This document shows positions 46,471 through 56,716 of a stretch of DNA of 64,000 nucleotides, in pieces (position 1 is the first letter of the stretch; each line of letters opens with the position of its first letter). Both the position numbers and the translations under genes were made by a program. Below the pieces are notes generated by a model, which did not search any database, was not told the origin of the DNA, and saw nothing but the letters and a program-made list of their open reading frames with translations. Source of the stretch: Verrucomicrobiota bacterium (GTDB lineage: Bacteria > Verrucomicrobiota > Verrucomicrobiia > Limisphaerales > Palsa-1400); contig JBEKYR010000006.1 in assembly GCA_049510745.1 (NCBI GenBank), forward strand, positions 96,001-160,000. Reading direction: 5' to 3'.

Positions 46471-47894
46471 ATCCCCGATCCATTCGCTTTCGCCTGATCA
46501 TGTGGTACGCCGGTCTGCTGACCGCCGCCTTCCTGCTGTTCAGCGTGGCTCTCTACCAGGTCCTGCGGGGGTATCTGGAGAACAGCCTGGGACAGGCGCT
46601 GCTTCGCCGCTCCGAACAAATCGCCGTATCGCTTCTGGCCGGCATGGACAAGACCGGGGAGCGTTATGTGGCGGACCAGATTGAGACCCGCTATGCGCCG
46701 GAAAGCTACGATCGGTTTATTCGCATCACGCGCCCGGATGGAAGCGTGCTTTACGCCTCGGGCCGTACGACGGGTTTCGATCCCTCCGGATTGCCTCCCT
46801 TGGCGGTCAACTCTGTCCAGGGCGACTCCGTGCGAAAAGTGCGGCTCGGCGACGGAAGCCTTTTGCTCGTCACAGTCAAAGTTTTTCAATCCCGTGACGG
46901 GCATCGGTTCCTTATTGAAAGTGGCGGGCCGATGGCGCCGATTGAAACGATCCTGTCTCATCTGCTCTTCTCGCTTCTGCTCGGTGTGCCCCTGCTTGGG
47001 GTGGTGGCGGTGGGCGGCGGCCTTTTTCTGGTGGGTCGCGCGCTGGCGCCAGTGGTGCAAATTGCGCGCAGCGCCGAACAAATCACCCTGCATAATCTGA
47101 ACGGGCGACTGCCGTTAACGAACACGGGAGATGAACTGGAGCACTTGTCGCTGGCGCTCAACCGCATGATTGTCCGGTTGAGCGAGGCCTTCGAGCAAAA
47201 CCGCCGCTTTCTGGCGGACGCCTCGCATGAACTCCGCACGCCGCTGGCCGCGTGGCGCGGGGAAATGGAAAGTGTGGTCGAACAAACCCGCGGCCTGCCG
47301 GAGTTGAGCGACCGGGCCGGGAGCGCCTTGGAGGAGGTGGATCGTTTGGTGAAAATAGTCGATGCCCTTTTTGCGATTTCCCGGCTCGACGCCGGGGAGG
47401 CGCAACAAGAGTGGACCCGATTTGATCTGGCCCCGCTGGCCGCGAGCACGACCGAGCAGATGTCTTTGCTGGCGGAGGATAAGGGAATTTCAGTTGCCTG
47501 CAAGGCGCAGGGCAAAGTCAGCGTGGACGGGGACCGCGCCCGCATCAAACAGGTGGTGGTCAATCTGCTGGATAACGCCATCAAATACACGCCGCCGGGC
47601 GGCTCGATCAACCTTGATGTGTACGCCCGCGAGGACAAAGCCGTCATCGAAGTGGCCGATACGGGAATCGGCATTCCGGCCAGCGCCTTGCCCCATATTT
47701 TCGAGCGCTTCTTTCGCGTGGACAAAGCGCGTTCCCGCGACGCGGGCGGAGCCGGGTTGGGGCTGGCCATCGTCAAATCGATTTGCCTGGCCCACGGCGG
47801 CCAAGTGTATGTGGAGAGCAGCGAAGGCCACGGCAGCCGCTTCAAAGTGGAGTTGCCGCTGGCGCAATCAATCCCCGCGAAATCAAATTCATGA
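46467..47894 (+). CDS. HAMP sensor histidine kinase (CusS-like)
   Basis: ADASHELRTP, NLLDNAIKY, DTGIG, GAGLGLAI. Confidence 0.95.
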   Translation: MNPRSIRFRLIMWYAGLLTAAFLLFSVALYQVLRGYLENSLGQALLRRSEQIAVSLLAGMDKTGERYVADQIETRYAPESYDRFIRITRPDGSVLYASGRTTGFDPSGLPPLAVNSVQGDSVRKVRLGDGSLLLVTVKVFQSRDGHRFLIESGGPMAPIETILSHLLFSLLLGVPLLGVVAVGGGLFLVGRALAPVVQIARSAEQITLHNLNGRLPLTNTGDELEHLSLALNRMIVRLSEAFEQNRRFLADASHELRTPLAAWRGEMESVVEQTRGLPELSDRAGSALEEVDRLVKIVDALFAISRLDAGEAQQEWTRFDLAPLAASTTEQMSLLAEDKGISVACKAQGKVSVDGDRARIKQVVVNLLDNAIKYTPPGGSINLDVYAREDKAVIEVADTGIGIPASALPHIFERFFRVDKARSRDAGGAGLGLAIVKSICLAHGGQVYVESSEGHGSRFKVELPLAQSIPAKSNS

Positions 47895-49141
47895 GCAACG
47901 AAGAACCCAAGGGAGAGCCTCTTATTCCGCCCGTTCCGTCCGGCGGCCGGAGCGGCGAAGCGCCTCCGCCGCGGTTGATCGTTCCGCCAGCGCCGCCCGG
48001 ACGACGAAGAAGAAATGCGTGGATCGCGGGGATAACCGTTGCAGGCATCGTGATTCTTTGCCTCTGCCTGCTGCGGAGAAGTTCTGGATTGGCCGGCGCA
48101 GCCAGCATGGCAATTCGGACCGCGGCCGTGGCCACAGTCGGGCGCGAGGATTTGCATCGGGACGTGGAGATTCCGGCGGAGTTCCGCCCGTACGTCGAAG
48201 TCGAACTGCACGCCAAGGTTTCCGGCTACCTGCAGAAGATCAACGTTGATTTTGGCGACCGGGTCAAGGCCGGCCAATTGCTGGCGGTGCTGGAGGTGCC
48301 GGAATTGAAGGATGAATTGGACTCGGCTATCGCGGCGGAGCAGCGCGCCGAGGCCGATTACAAGGATGCGCATCTGATCCACCAACGGCTGGTGAGAGTC
48401 AACAAGGAGCACCCCAACCTGGTGGCGCAACAGGACATCGATACCGCCGAAGCGAAGGACAATGTCGCCAGGGCCGCCGTAAGCGCCGCCAAAGCGGATG
48501 TCGAGAAATACCAAACCTTGTTTGGTTACACGCAAATCACCGCGCCGTTTGACGGAGTGATCACGCGGCGTTACGCCGATCCCGGAGTCTTGATTCAGGC
48601 GGGCACCTCCTCGGGCCAGGCCAAAGCGGTGGTCCGCGTTTCGGACAACTACCACCTGCGGCTGGATTTTCCGGTTTCGGTGGAATACGTCAAATATATT
48701 AAAGAGGGCGACCGCGTGGAGGCGCGGGTGGATTCGCTGGGAGGCAAAATGTACAGCGGGGTCATCACCCGTTTTACGCATGAAGTCAACGAGGAAACCC
48801 GGACGATGACGACGGAGATTGAAGTCACCAATCCGGACCTGGAACTGACGCCGGGAATGTATGCGGCCGTGATGTTGAAAGTCGAAAAGCGTCCCTCCGC
48901 CCTGGCCGTGCCCATCGAGGCGGTTTCCAGCGGCGGCAAGCCGACCGTTTATCTCCTCAACGGAAACAACGAGATCGAGGAGCGGGCCGTGACTCTGGGC
49001 ATGGAAACCGCCACCCGGTATGAAATTCTCTCCGGTTTAAAGGAGGGAGACAAGGTGGTCATCGGCAGCCGAAGCGAGTTCCATCCCGGCGAGAAAGTGG
49101 AGCCAAAGCCCGTCCAGGCGCCCGCCCTGGCCGAGTCATGA
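47891..49141 (+). CDS. RND efflux membrane fusion protein
   Basis: AKVSGY..I.VD.GDRVKAGQLL, ITAPFDGVIT. Confidence 0.93.
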   Translation: MSNEEPKGEPLIPPVPSGGRSGEAPPPRLIVPPAPPGRRRRNAWIAGITVAGIVILCLCLLRRSSGLAGAASMAIRTAAVATVGREDLHRDVEIPAEFRPYVEVELHAKVSGYLQKINVDFGDRVKAGQLLAVLEVPELKDELDSAIAAEQRAEADYKDAHLIHQRLVRVNKEHPNLVAQQDIDTAEAKDNVARAAVSAAKADVEKYQTLFGYTQITAPFDGVITRRYADPGVLIQAGTSSGQAKAVVRVSDNYHLRLDFPVSVEYVKYIKEGDRVEARVDSLGGKMYSGVITRFTHEVNEETRTMTTEIEVTNPDLELTPGMYAAVMLKVEKRPSALAVPIEAVSSGGKPTVYLLNGNNEIEERAVTLGMETATRYEILSGLKEGDKVVIGSRSEFHPGEKVEPKPVQAPALAES

Positions 49142-49197
49142 AGCGGCAAAAAAACGATCCCAAACCGGTTGCGGCAAGTCCAGCCGGGTAATCCGCC

Positions 49198-52100
49198 ATG
49201 TCCCGTTTTGCCATCAAATATCCGTATTTCATCATTGTGGTCTGCCTGATCACGTGCGTGGTGGGTGTCACCAGCCTGCTGCGAATGCCGGTGGATTTGT
49301 TCCCGGCCATTAACATTCCTGTCGTGGTCGTGGCCACGTTTTATTCCGGCATGCCGCCCGAGCAGATCGAAAACGACATCACCGGCCAATTCGAGCGCAT
49401 GTTCACCCTGGCCGCCGGCATTGATCACATGGAATCGCGCTCGCTGACCGGCATCAGTCTGATCAAGGTTTATTTCCAGCCCGGCTCCAATCCCGATTCG
49501 GATGTCACCAGCGTGGCCAATCTGGCCATGGCCAGCCTGCGCTATTTGCCGCCGGGAACACTGCCGCCGATTGTCATGTCCTTTGACGCCTCCAGCCTGC
49601 CGGTCTGCCTGGTGACCTTGAAAGGCGAAGGATTGACGGAAGCGCAACTGCGGGACCTGGGGCAATTCACCATTCGCAACCAGATGGCGGGTGTGCCGGG
49701 CGCCTCGGTGCCGCCGGCGTTCGGCGGCCGCTACCGCCAGATCATGGTGTATGTCGATCCGCTCAAGCTGGAAGCCAACGGTTTGAGCGTGATGGACGTG
49801 GTGCGAACGGTCAACGACGCCAATCTCATTCTGCCGGCCGGCGACGTGAAAATCGGGCCTTATGATTACAACGTCTATGCCAACAGCCAAATCAACGCCA
49901 TGCGGGACATTGATTTGGTGCCGCTCAAGACGGTGGGAACAAAGTCCGTGCTCGTGGCGGACGTGGGCCAGGCGCTGGACGCCTCGCAAATCCAGTACTG
50001 CAAAGTCCGCGTCAACGGCCAGCCGTCGGTTTATTTGCCGGTTATGAAGCAGGGTGGCGATGCCAACACCATCGCAGTGGTCAACGGGGTCAAACGAGTC
50101 GTCTCCAAACTGCTGGACGTGCCCAAGGCATTGATTCCGGAGGTGGTCTTCGACCAGTCGGTTTTTGTGCGCAGCGCCATCGAGAACCTGATTCACGAGG
50201 GGGCCATCGGGCTGATCCTGACCGGCGTGATGATCCTGGTCTTTCTGGGCAGCGTGCGCGCCACCGTCGCGGTGTTCCTCTCCATCCCGCTCTCGGCGCT
50301 GGCCGCGTTCATCGCGCTGGCCCTGGGCGGCAATACCGTCAACACGATGATTCTGGGCGGCCTGGCCCTGGCCTTTTCCCGGCTGATTGACAACTCGGTG
50401 GTGGTCCTGGAAAACATCTTCCGGCACATCGAATTGGGCGAAAGCCCCGAGGTCGCCGCCGAGCGGGGCGGCCAGGAGGTGTCGCTGCCCGTGTTGGCCG
50501 CGACGCTGACCACGGCCATTGTCTTTTTTCCCGTGACCTTTCTTTACGGCGTGAGCCGCTATCTGTTTTCCGCCCTGGCGATCTCGGTCGTCTTGTCCTT
50601 GTTCGCCTCCTACTTTGTGGCGATGACCGTGGTGCCGCTCTTTTGCGCGAAGTTGATCAAAAAGGCGTGCGCGGATCACGAACTCGGGCAAGCGCGCGCC
50701 ACGCCGTTGCGCGCCGAAAAATGGGACGCGCGCTTCAATTTCTGGTTCAATCGCAAGTTTCAGAACATGCTGGGCCGTTACGACGGGCTGCTGAGTATCA
50801 CCCTGCTGCGGCCGCTCACGACGGTCCTCGGCATCACGGGCATTTTCTTGCTCAGCACGGCGCTCTATCCCTGGATCGGCAAGTCCTACTTTCCACGGAC
50901 CGACCCAAGCCAATTCGTCATCAATCTCAAGGCGCCGTCCGGCACGCGGATCGAGTTGACGGAACAGTTGATCGCTCGCGTGGAAGACCTCGTGCGCCAG
51001 GTGGTTCCGAAACGCGACCTCAAGATCCTTGTGGCCAATATCGGGATCACGCCGGGTTTTTCGTCCATCTTGTCGCCCAATTCCGGCCCCAGCACCGCCT
51101 TTGTCCAAGTCGGTTTGGAAGACGGCCACCAATTGAGCAGCTTCGCCTACATGGACCTGGTGCGCTCGCGCCTGAAGAGCGATCTGCCGCAGGTCAGCGC
51201 CTATTTCCAGACAGGCGGGTTGGTCGATGCCGTCCTCAACCTGGGCATGCCCGCCCCGCTGGACATCCAGGTCAGCGGCATGGACATGAAAGGCGCCTCC
51301 GCCGTGGCCAATCAAATCGCCCAACAGGTGCGCGCCTTGCCCGGAGTCAGCGACGTGCTGATCCCGCAGGACGTGGATTATCCGGCGCTGGAAATCAATA
51401 TCGACCGCGAGCGCGCCAGCGAATTGGGTCTGACGGCCAAGGAAGTGGTGGACAGCCTTATCACCGCGCTGACATCCGACGGCATGATTGCGCCCAGCTA
51501 TTGGATCGATCCCGCGACAGGGAATAATTACCTGCTGACCGTGCAGTACCCGGAAAACCGTGTCAGGAATCTGGCCGACCTCGGCTCCATGCCGTTGCGC
51601 TCGCCCCGCCTCAAACAGGCCACGCGGCTGGACTCCGTCGTCCACATTTCCCACGTTGCGGCCCCGACGGAAGTGGACCATTATCAAATTCGCCGGACGA
51701 TTGACGTGTACGTGGCGCCCAAGAGCGAGGACCTGAGCCGGCTTTACGCGGACGCGCGGAAAATCATCGACCATACCGCACTGCCGCCAAACATGACGGT
51801 AACGGTGCGGGGATCGGTGCAAGCGATGCGCGAGTCGTTCAAGAGCTTTGCCGTCGGCCTGATTCTCTCGGTCATCCTGGTCTATCTGATCCTGGTCGCG
51901 CAGTTTCGCTCCTTCGTGGACCCCTTTCTGATTCTATTGGCGGTGCCGACGGGCTTGACGGGCGTGTTGGTGATTCTCGCAGCCACCGGCACGACCCTCA
52001 ACGTCATGTCGCTCATGGGATTGATCATGATGGTGGGCATTGTCGTTTCCAACAGCATCTTGATCGTCGAGTTTACCAATCGCCTGCGCCAGGAAGGCAA

Positions 52101-52338
52101 GTCCGTGCGAGAGGCCGTCGCCCTGGCGTGCAAGGTCCGGTTGCGGCCGGTGCTGATGACCTCGCTGGCCACGCTGATCGGCTTGATTCCGCTGGCGCTC
52201 AAGTTGGGCACTGGCGGGGAATCTTACGCGCCGCTGGCCCAGGCGATCATCGGCGGACTGACGGTCTCGGTCGTGTTGACAGTCTTTATCGTGCCGGCGG
52301 CTTATCTGTTGATCCACGGGAAGCGGAAGAAAACATGA
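49198..52338 (+). CDS. RND efflux permease (AcrB/AcrD/AcrF family)
   Basis: 1046 aa; PVDLFP, IDNSVVVLENIFRH, RLRPVLMT. Confidence 0.95.
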   Translation: MSRFAIKYPYFIIVVCLITCVVGVTSLLRMPVDLFPAINIPVVVVATFYSGMPPEQIENDITGQFERMFTLAAGIDHMESRSLTGISLIKVYFQPGSNPDSDVTSVANLAMASLRYLPPGTLPPIVMSFDASSLPVCLVTLKGEGLTEAQLRDLGQFTIRNQMAGVPGASVPPAFGGRYRQIMVYVDPLKLEANGLSVMDVVRTVNDANLILPAGDVKIGPYDYNVYANSQINAMRDIDLVPLKTVGTKSVLVADVGQALDASQIQYCKVRVNGQPSVYLPVMKQGGDANTIAVVNGVKRVVSKLLDVPKALIPEVVFDQSVFVRSAIENLIHEGAIGLILTGVMILVFLGSVRATVAVFLSIPLSALAAFIALALGGNTVNTMILGGLALAFSRLIDNSVVVLENIFRHIELGESPEVAAERGGQEVSLPVLAATLTTAIVFFPVTFLYGVSRYLFSALAISVVLSLFASYFVAMTVVPLFCAKLIKKACADHELGQARATPLRAEKWDARFNFWFNRKFQNMLGRYDGLLSITLLRPLTTVLGITGIFLLSTALYPWIGKSYFPRTDPSQFVINLKAPSGTRIELTEQLIARVEDLVRQVVPKRDLKILVANIGITPGFSSILSPNSGPSTAFVQVGLEDGHQLSSFAYMDLVRSRLKSDLPQVSAYFQTGGLVDAVLNLGMPAPLDIQVSGMDMKGASAVANQIAQQVRALPGVSDVLIPQDVDYPALEINIDRERASELGLTAKEVVDSLITALTSDGMIAPSYWIDPATGNNYLLTVQYPENRVRNLADLGSMPLRSPRLKQATRLDSVVHISHVAAPTEVDHYQIRRTIDVYVAPKSEDLSRLYADARKIIDHTALPPNMTVTVRGSVQAMRESFKSFAVGLILSVILVYLILVAQFRSFVDPFLILLAVPTGLTGVLVILAATGTTLNVMSLMGLIMMVGIVVSNSILIVEFTNRLRQEGKSVREAVALACKVRLRPVLMTSLATLIGLIPLALKLGTGGESYAPLAQAIIGGLTVSVVLTVFIVPAAYLLIHGKRKKT

Positions 52339-53624
52339 AAGTTTGGCCTCTCATTTTGGCCATGATGGCGGCGCGGTTGGCGCAGGCCGCCGACGCGCCA
52401 ACAAGCCCGTTGACGCTGGCCCAGGCGCGGGAAATCGCGCTCAGACAACATCCCAAAATCTCCGTGGCCAATTTGACGGCGCTGGCGGCCCGCCAGGCCA
52501 CCAAACAGGTCCAATCGTCGTTGCTGCCGGCCATTTTCGCCAACGCCACGGCCGTCGGCAACGCGGACCCAAACAACACGCGCATCGCTGCCGGCGGATT
52601 GAACAACCCGCTCATCTACGAGCGCGAGGCCCAAGGCGTCATCATCAGCCAGCTTATCACCGATTTTGGCCGCTCGTGGGATTTGACCAGGAGCGCCCGG
52701 TTGCGCGAGCGCTCCGAGCAGATGAACGCCGAGGCCACCCGCGCCCAAATCCTGCTGGAGGTGGACAACGCCTACTTCTCGACTTTGGAGTCGCAGTCGG
52801 TGCTGGAAGTCGCGCAGGAAACCGTGCGCGCGCGGCAGTTGGTCTTGGAACAAACGCGGGCGCTGGCGACCAACAAGATGCGGTCCGAACTGGATGTCAG
52901 TTTCGCCAGCGTCGATTACGATCAGGCAAAGATTCTCCTGGCCAAGGCGCAAATCGATCTGCAAGCCGGCTTCGCGGTCTTTTCGACCGTGCTGGGAGAA
53001 CGCCATGCGCAAACCTACCGCCTCGCCGACGAACCGCTGGCCGCCTATGTCACCAATAATTCCTCCGCCCTCATTCTCGAAGCGCTGGCGCAGCGGCCCG
53101 ATTTGGCGCAACTGCGCTATCAGCGCGATGCCGCCTGGGAATTCGCGCGGGCGCAGGGCAAGCTGAATTATCCGACGCTGAGCGCCGTCGGCACAGCCGG
53201 CGAGATCCCCACCGGCAACGCTCATCTTGGTCCCGATTATGCGGCGGCGGGCATCAATCTGAGGCTGCCTCTCTACGAGGGCGGACTCAACGCCGGGCTT
53301 CGGCGGGAAGCGCAGTTGCGCGCCAAAGCGGCCGATGAATCGGTGCGCGACCAGGAAGACAACGTCGCCCGCGACGTGCAGGTCACCAGCCTCAATCTCG
53401 ATTATGCCTGGCAACGGCTGGGCTTGACCGAAGAGCTGCTGCGCAACGCCAGCCAGGCGCTGGAACTCTCCCAGGCGCGCTTCAAGCTGGGGTCCAGTTC
53501 CATCATCGAATTGAGCCAGGCGGAACTGAACCAGACCTCGGCGCAAATCGCCGCCGCGGACGCGCGCTACAATTACCAGATCCAACGCTCCGCCCTGGAC
53601 TTTCAACTCGGACGACTGCGCTAA
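52335..53624 (+). CDS. TolC family outer membrane factor
   Basis: Signal peptide, LTLAQA...AL, AL.QRPDL, RF.LG.SSIIEL..AE. Confidence 0.9.
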   Translation: MKVWPLILAMMAARLAQAADAPTSPLTLAQAREIALRQHPKISVANLTALAARQATKQVQSSLLPAIFANATAVGNADPNNTRIAAGGLNNPLIYEREAQGVIISQLITDFGRSWDLTRSARLRERSEQMNAEATRAQILLEVDNAYFSTLESQSVLEVAQETVRARQLVLEQTRALATNKMRSELDVSFASVDYDQAKILLAKAQIDLQAGFAVFSTVLGERHAQTYRLADEPLAAYVTNNSSALILEALAQRPDLAQLRYQRDAAWEFARAQGKLNYPTLSAVGTAGEIPTGNAHLGPDYAAAGINLRLPLYEGGLNAGLRREAQLRAKAADESVRDQEDNVARDVQVTSLNLDYAWQRLGLTEELLRNASQALELSQARFKLGSSSIIELSQAELNQTSAQIAAADARYNYQIQRSALDFQLGRLR

Positions 53625-53725
53625 TGTTGCGACTGTTCCTTGTTGTTTTGGCAGACCGAGGACAGGCGCGCCTGACGTAGAATTGCTGCAAAACCGGGGG
53701 CGTCAACGCAAGTCGTTGATGGAGA

Positions 53726-56490
53726 TGGAGCGAGCGAAGGGATTCGGTCCAGGAAAAGATGTAAAGCGGCCATGCAACCGATCATTAACAACTATTTATA
53801 CCACAATGCTTTACATATGTTTTTTCCAAATGGCCTCATCTGTTAGAAACGGGCCATGGAATTGAAAACTTACAGCATCCCAAAGCTTCATCTGCCGAAG
53901 ATGAAATTATCATTGCTATCGGAGTATTCTACAGGCCTCAATGTTTGAGCGTTTCAATGATTTTAGAGATGTTCATTAAATTGGTGGCGCGTGCGAATGG
54001 GAACATCAATTGTGCCTCCATCTCATTAATGGCGCTATGTGAAAGCGTCCATCCGAGCGGAAGATCTCCGGGTCGAGTGAGTTTACCCAAGGGTTCCCCT
54101 GGCCCGCGTTCGTAAAGATGGAACACAAAAACCTTATCCTCCCCGCTCCCGTTATCCTCTCGCCTGTCGTAATCGCGCGCCTGTTCGAAGGCGTAAATCC
54201 CGCGGGCAGTGCGCGTGTTGAGCAATGCCAGGACGGGCGAGAGCGATTCGCGCATGAAACTGTGGTGATTGATTCTCGGCTCAAGCGGAATCGGGTCGTT
54301 GTCAATCAGGACGAGCCTCGGCTGGATTTTCAACTTCCGGTTGTCGATGTGACGCTTGATGGCTGCCAGCACGTCCACCAAGGTTGTTGCTCCTGAATTC
54401 TCGAAGTAGCCCCCATCCACAACGTGAGTCCCGTCGGCTGGAAAACGACCTGCTGGGCTGAAGTACGTGAACCGCGCGCTCTGATGCACGGCCGTGCTCA
54501 ATCGAATCGGCGCGTTTGTCAATTTGTCCGCAGCCGCAACCGCCTCGAGAAAATCGCCAGCGGGACCGGAGTGACCTATCCCACTCGAATGGATGTCCAG
54601 ATCGCTGGTGATGACACGCCCACCAGTTTCAACACATGTGCCGGTGAAAAACAGGTGTGGGACCAAGATATGGGTTTCAAATGCCCTGTCGTAAAACTCC
54701 CCAAGGCTCTGTTCAAGCACGTTTGTGTGGAATTCCTCCTGCCATGCGGCAGCCCAGGCGTCTTCAAGACTCGCGGCGCGGTCCCACTTTTTGACGGGGC
54801 AGAACCAGAACTGCTGGAAGAGGTCGGCAAAGGCCATCTTGGCCAGATTGGCTGCGAGGAAATCCTTGGCCAACAGACGGCGCGCCGATGTATGAAAATC
54901 GGTTGTTGGCTTCGGGCAAGGAACCTGGAGTGCGGTAAAGGTCATTTCGCCGAGCGCACCGCCAGACACGCCGCTCATGGCAAAGGTCTGGGCGGCGAAG
55001 CTGGTCCCGTTGCTGCGTGCGCGGTTTTCCAACTCGCCGAGCACAATGGCGGTCCAGTAGGCAGCGCGGATTCCACCCCCGGCGGAGGCAACCAGATACA
55101 GGGGGCGCAATTGGTTCGTGTCCTTCATCGGATACGCTATCGAGACGCCCTTATACCATTCGTCCAAAGCACCGGTGATCGTCATCGGCTTCTTCCCGCT
55201 GTGTTCGGGGCCCAGAATTCGGACGTCGTGGTTGTCGTTGAAGCGACTGCAAAATACCACCCATAAAAGCAGGAACGTTATGATTGGCACCCGGTAGCAA
55301 TTGGCCCAATAAAGAATCAAGCTGCCGGCGCTGATCCACGCCGCAATAGCGAACAACACGACCGCAGGCGAACCCAGGGATTGCCCCCAGCCCACCGGCG
55401 AGCAAGTCAACCCCACAAACCAAAACACTGAAACTGTCCATGCGATGCCGATGGCTCCACGTGTCTGGGGATTCGCCCAAATCGCTCCAACGCTGTTGAA
55501 GCGGCGCGGAATGTAGCGGCCTTGACTGGCTCCGTTTGACTTTTGTTCCCATCGTTGATATTGGTCAAACAGAAGTTGGCGCTCGTCTTCCTGCCCATCG
55601 GAGTACTTTTGTTCCCATCGTTGATATTGGTCAAGCAGAAGCCAAAGGATTAGACCGACCCCGCCCGAAATTCCCGCCAAAATGAAGCATTGTTTCTCGT
55701 GCGGCGAATAGCGGGACGCCATCACAAAGGCGATCGCCATCCCGCCCGGCGGCAGGAAACCGCAGATACGGCGCAGTATGAGCCGGGCCTTCTCGGCCGT
55801 CTCACTTGAAATCTGTTTCACTTCCTCAGAAGTAGGAAATTCGCAATTCAACAGGAACCGCGCCCAAGCCCAGCTTGCCAGACCGGCCACGAACAATCCG
55901 GCAAACAACCAAATAACATGAGGCAGATCCTTCTTTTCGTGCAGATCTGACGCGATGCGACAAAGAATGTCGAGGCCTTGATCGTTGAAGATGAAGAGCA
56001 CCGGCACGAGCAAGGAAGCGATGAAACAAGCGCGAGCCGGCTGCAGGATGTGATATAATTGCCTTATGCGCAGCCAAGCCTGTTGACATTTGGTCAGGAG
56101 CTTGTCGAGCGTTTCCATAAACGAGAACCCAAGTTAAACATCCTCAATCAAAAAAAGGCAACCGGCCATGAAATTGGGTCGGCATGGCGGAATGGTGCAG
56201 GATCACACTTGGAAAGTCAAGCGTTGAGTGCCGAGCCAGCATGGTCGTCAGCTTCTGCCTGCAAGCTCTGCAACACAGGCGTGCCCGCTGTTCTGCATCG
56301 GTTTTAGGAACTCGTCGAGCGTCATTCCAATAGCATGGAGAAGCCAACAATACCCGCTTCATGGCTTGGACTCGTTTCAGGTGTGATGAAACCCGTGCAA
56401 ACTTGTCAGGAAAGCCCTAAAACCGCAGTCAGATTCACTGTAATCAGTTGATTCTTAGAGTCTTGAGATTGGAGCGAGCGAAGGGATTCG
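53726..56490. mobile_element. Islet at the tRNA-Gly(GCC) 3' end
   Basis: 21-bp direct repeat TGGAGCGAGCGAAGGGATTCG at 53726 and 56470. Confidence 0.8.
53938..56118 (-). CDS. Membrane-anchored patatin-like phospholipase
   Basis: GGGIRA, GVSGG, DGGYFENSG; N-terminal TM helices. Confidence 0.85.
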   Translation of the reverse strand: METLDKLLTKCQQAWLRIRQLYHILQPARACFIASLLVPVLFIFNDQGLDILCRIASDLHEKKDLPHVIWLFAGLFVAGLASWAWARFLLNCEFPTSEEVKQISSETAEKARLILRRICGFLPPGGMAIAFVMASRYSPHEKQCFILAGISGGVGLILWLLLDQYQRWEQKYSDGQEDERQLLFDQYQRWEQKSNGASQGRYIPRRFNSVGAIWANPQTRGAIGIAWTVSVFWFVGLTCSPVGWGQSLGSPAVVLFAIAAWISAGSLILYWANCYRVPIITFLLLWVVFCSRFNDNHDVRILGPEHSGKKPMTITGALDEWYKGVSIAYPMKDTNQLRPLYLVASAGGGIRAAYWTAIVLGELENRARSNGTSFAAQTFAMSGVSGGALGEMTFTALQVPCPKPTTDFHTSARRLLAKDFLAANLAKMAFADLFQQFWFCPVKKWDRAASLEDAWAAAWQEEFHTNVLEQSLGEFYDRAFETHILVPHLFFTGTCVETGGRVITSDLDIHSSGIGHSGPAGDFLEAVAAADKLTNAPIRLSTAVHQSARFTYFSPAGRFPADGTHVVDGGYFENSGATTLVDVLAAIKRHIDNRKLKIQPRLVLIDNDPIPLEPRINHHSFMRESLSPVLALLNTRTARGIYAFEQARDYDRREDNGSGEDKVFVFHLYERGPGEPLGKLTRPGDLPLGWTLSHSAINEMEAQLMFPFARATNLMNISKIIETLKH

Positions 56491-56546
56491 AACCCTCGAC
56501 ATTCACCTTGGCAAGGTGACGCTCTACCAGACTGAGCTACGCTCGC
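56470..56546 (-). tRNA. tRNA-Gly(GCC)
   Basis: GCGAGCG acceptor stem, TCACC-TT-GCC-AA-GGTGA, GTTCGAATCC, CCA. Confidence 0.97.
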
Positions 56547-56716
56547 TTCCGTAAACGTCGCAAAATTAAGGCATCCCTCCTGAATTGCAAGCGGGAAAAT
56601 TGCCGAAAATTTGCCCGATTGCCGCCGCGCCATCGCACAAATGAGTTGCGCTTTGCCGCCGGTCGTGGCTTTCTTACGCCTGATTTTTGCGCCTGGTAAT
56701 TGGCCGTCCGAATAAT

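Noticed and set aside
48949..51822. 957-aa minus-strand ORF (likewise 24890-26425, 27562-29172, 32554-34518, 46958-48781, 56747-58504, 61435-62949)
   Set aside because: Antisense shadows of well-supported genes in GC-rich DNA.
55539..55641. 37-bp repeat with a 29-bp gap as a mini-CRISPR
   Set aside because: Two copies only, in frame within a coding gene.
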